DNA of 64,000 nucleotides from a plasmid: sequence record NZ_CP015380.1; one strand, 5' to 3'. Shown piece by piece: positions 63,051 to 64,000 of this stretch (position 1 is its first letter; each line of letters starts with the position of its first letter). The notes under the pieces were generated by a model. It saw only the letters and a program-made list of their open reading frames with translations, ran no database searches and was not told where the DNA came from. The position numbers and the translations under genes were made by a program.

Positions 63051-64000
63051 GTGGTTAATTTACTGATGCAGGCTGAGATGAACAATAAAATTATCGATAA
63101 AACAAAAATTAATGAAACATCTATGTGGTATAAGACATGCAGAGATCTGTTGTCTCAAGCTGGGATAAAGATTAATGGAGATAGGGACTATGACATCCAA
63201 GTATATAATGATGATTTTTTCAAAAGAGTAATTCAGGAAGGCTCACTAGGATTAGGTGAGAGCTATATGGATGGTTGGTGGGATAGTGATAAACTCGATG
63301 AATTCATGTGTAGAATAATAAAAAGTAAAGCTGATGAGTCAATAAAAATCAATATGAAAGATTTATTTAGAATCTTTGCTGCAAAAATTTTTAACATGCA
63401 ATCTCGCAAAAGGGCCTGGATAGTAGGGAAAGAACACTATGATTTGGGTAATGATTTATTTAACAAAATGCTAGATCCTTATATGCAATACTCGTGTGGT
63501 TATTGGAATAATGCCAATAATCTCAAAGATGCGCAGTCGGATAAGTTAAAGTTGATTTGTGAAAAATTAAAGCTAAAGAAAGGAATGACATTACTCGACA
63601 TCGGTTGTGGCTGGGGGGGCTTGCTGCCTATGCCTCACAAAACTATGGAGTAAAAGTCTTTGGCATTACTATTTCAAAAGAGCAAAGAGACTTGGCAATT
63701 GAGCGCTGTAAATGTCTAGACGTTTCTATTGAGCTTATAGATTATAGAGAGCTAGATATGGAGTTTGACAGAATAGTTTCTGTTGGCATGTTTGAACATG
63801 TAGGGCCAAAAAACTATGATGAATATTTCACCATGGTAAATAAAAACCTAAAACCAAATGGAATTTTTTTATTACATACAATTGGTTCGAATGAAACTAA
63901 AATTAATGTAGATCCTTGGATTAATAAGTATATTTTCCCTAATGGATGTTTACCTTCAGTAAAGCAAATAGCTGAAGCAAGTGAGCCATTTTTTGTTATG
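63051..64000 (+). CDS. cfa: cyclopropane-fatty-acyl-phospholipid synthase, interrupted at a G7 tract (63613-63619) and running off the window end
   Basis: …FFKRVIQEGSLGLGESYMDGWWDSDKLDEF…AWIVGKEHYDLGNDLF…DIGCGWGG matches E. coli Cfa. After the G7 run the reading frame changes, and the next frame continues …LAAYASQNYGVKVFGITISKEQ…VSVGMFEHVGPKNYDEYF…. Confidence 0.85.

Overview
The window is a mosaic of accessory DNA from an Enterobacterales replicon, with a low-GC backbone and higher-GC imports. A P1/P7-type parA-parB-parS partition cassette at the left edge suggests a large plasmid or plasmid-prophage rather than core chromosome. Left to right:
(1) parAB plus a candidate parS.
(2) A complete chaperone-usher fimbrial operon in Proteus MR/P-like order (major subunit, subunit, usher, chaperone, minor subunit, tip adhesin, subunit). 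It ends with a FimZ-like LuxR regulator and an O-antigen-ligase-family (Wzy_C) membrane protein that is frameshifted at a G7 tract.
(3) A gene-poor AT-rich decayed stretch with an IS66 remnant and a defective IS1 copy.
(4) A SadB-like lipoprotein followed by a roughly 1,940-aa trimeric autotransporter adhesin. The adhesin is built from near-identical 369/381-bp tandem repeats and is interrupted by three single-base homopolymer contractions.
(5) An EAL-only protein.
(6) A decayed F-plasmid-like block: two Frpo/ssi-like leading-region repeats, ssb, a ParB-nuclease-like fragment, relBE, a tyrosine-recombinase fragment, a DUF932::TraD chimeric ORF, vapBC, a TraI relaxase with a large internal deletion, an IS110-family pseudo-transposase and ccdAB.
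(7) A 4.67-kb element bounded by Tn3-family 38-bp inverted repeats but lacking tnpA and tnpR. It carries a membrane protein, an MBL-fold hydrolase, an AraC/GlxA-type regulator and an IS110 remnant.
(8) A FUSC-family membrane protein and a second IS1 copy, inverted relative to the first.
(9) A DASS-family transporter plus NAD-malic enzyme operon.
(10) A 2,180-aa inverse autotransporter (LysM, intimin-type barrel, 11 x 366-bp repeats, jacalin-like tip).
(11) A low-GC segment with an MscS-like channel, a GadE-like LuxR solo, a sigma-32 (RpoH) paralog, and a cfa gene frameshifted at another G7 tract.
I found no CRISPR array, rRNA or tRNA, and no obvious multi-gene defence system. The unusual material is the mobile-element archaeology, the two giant repeat adhesins, the fimbria-linked Wzy_C gene and the stray sigma-32 paralog. 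Five frameshifts in otherwise intact genes all look like 1-nt homopolymer undercalls and may be sequencing artefacts rather than real pseudogenes.
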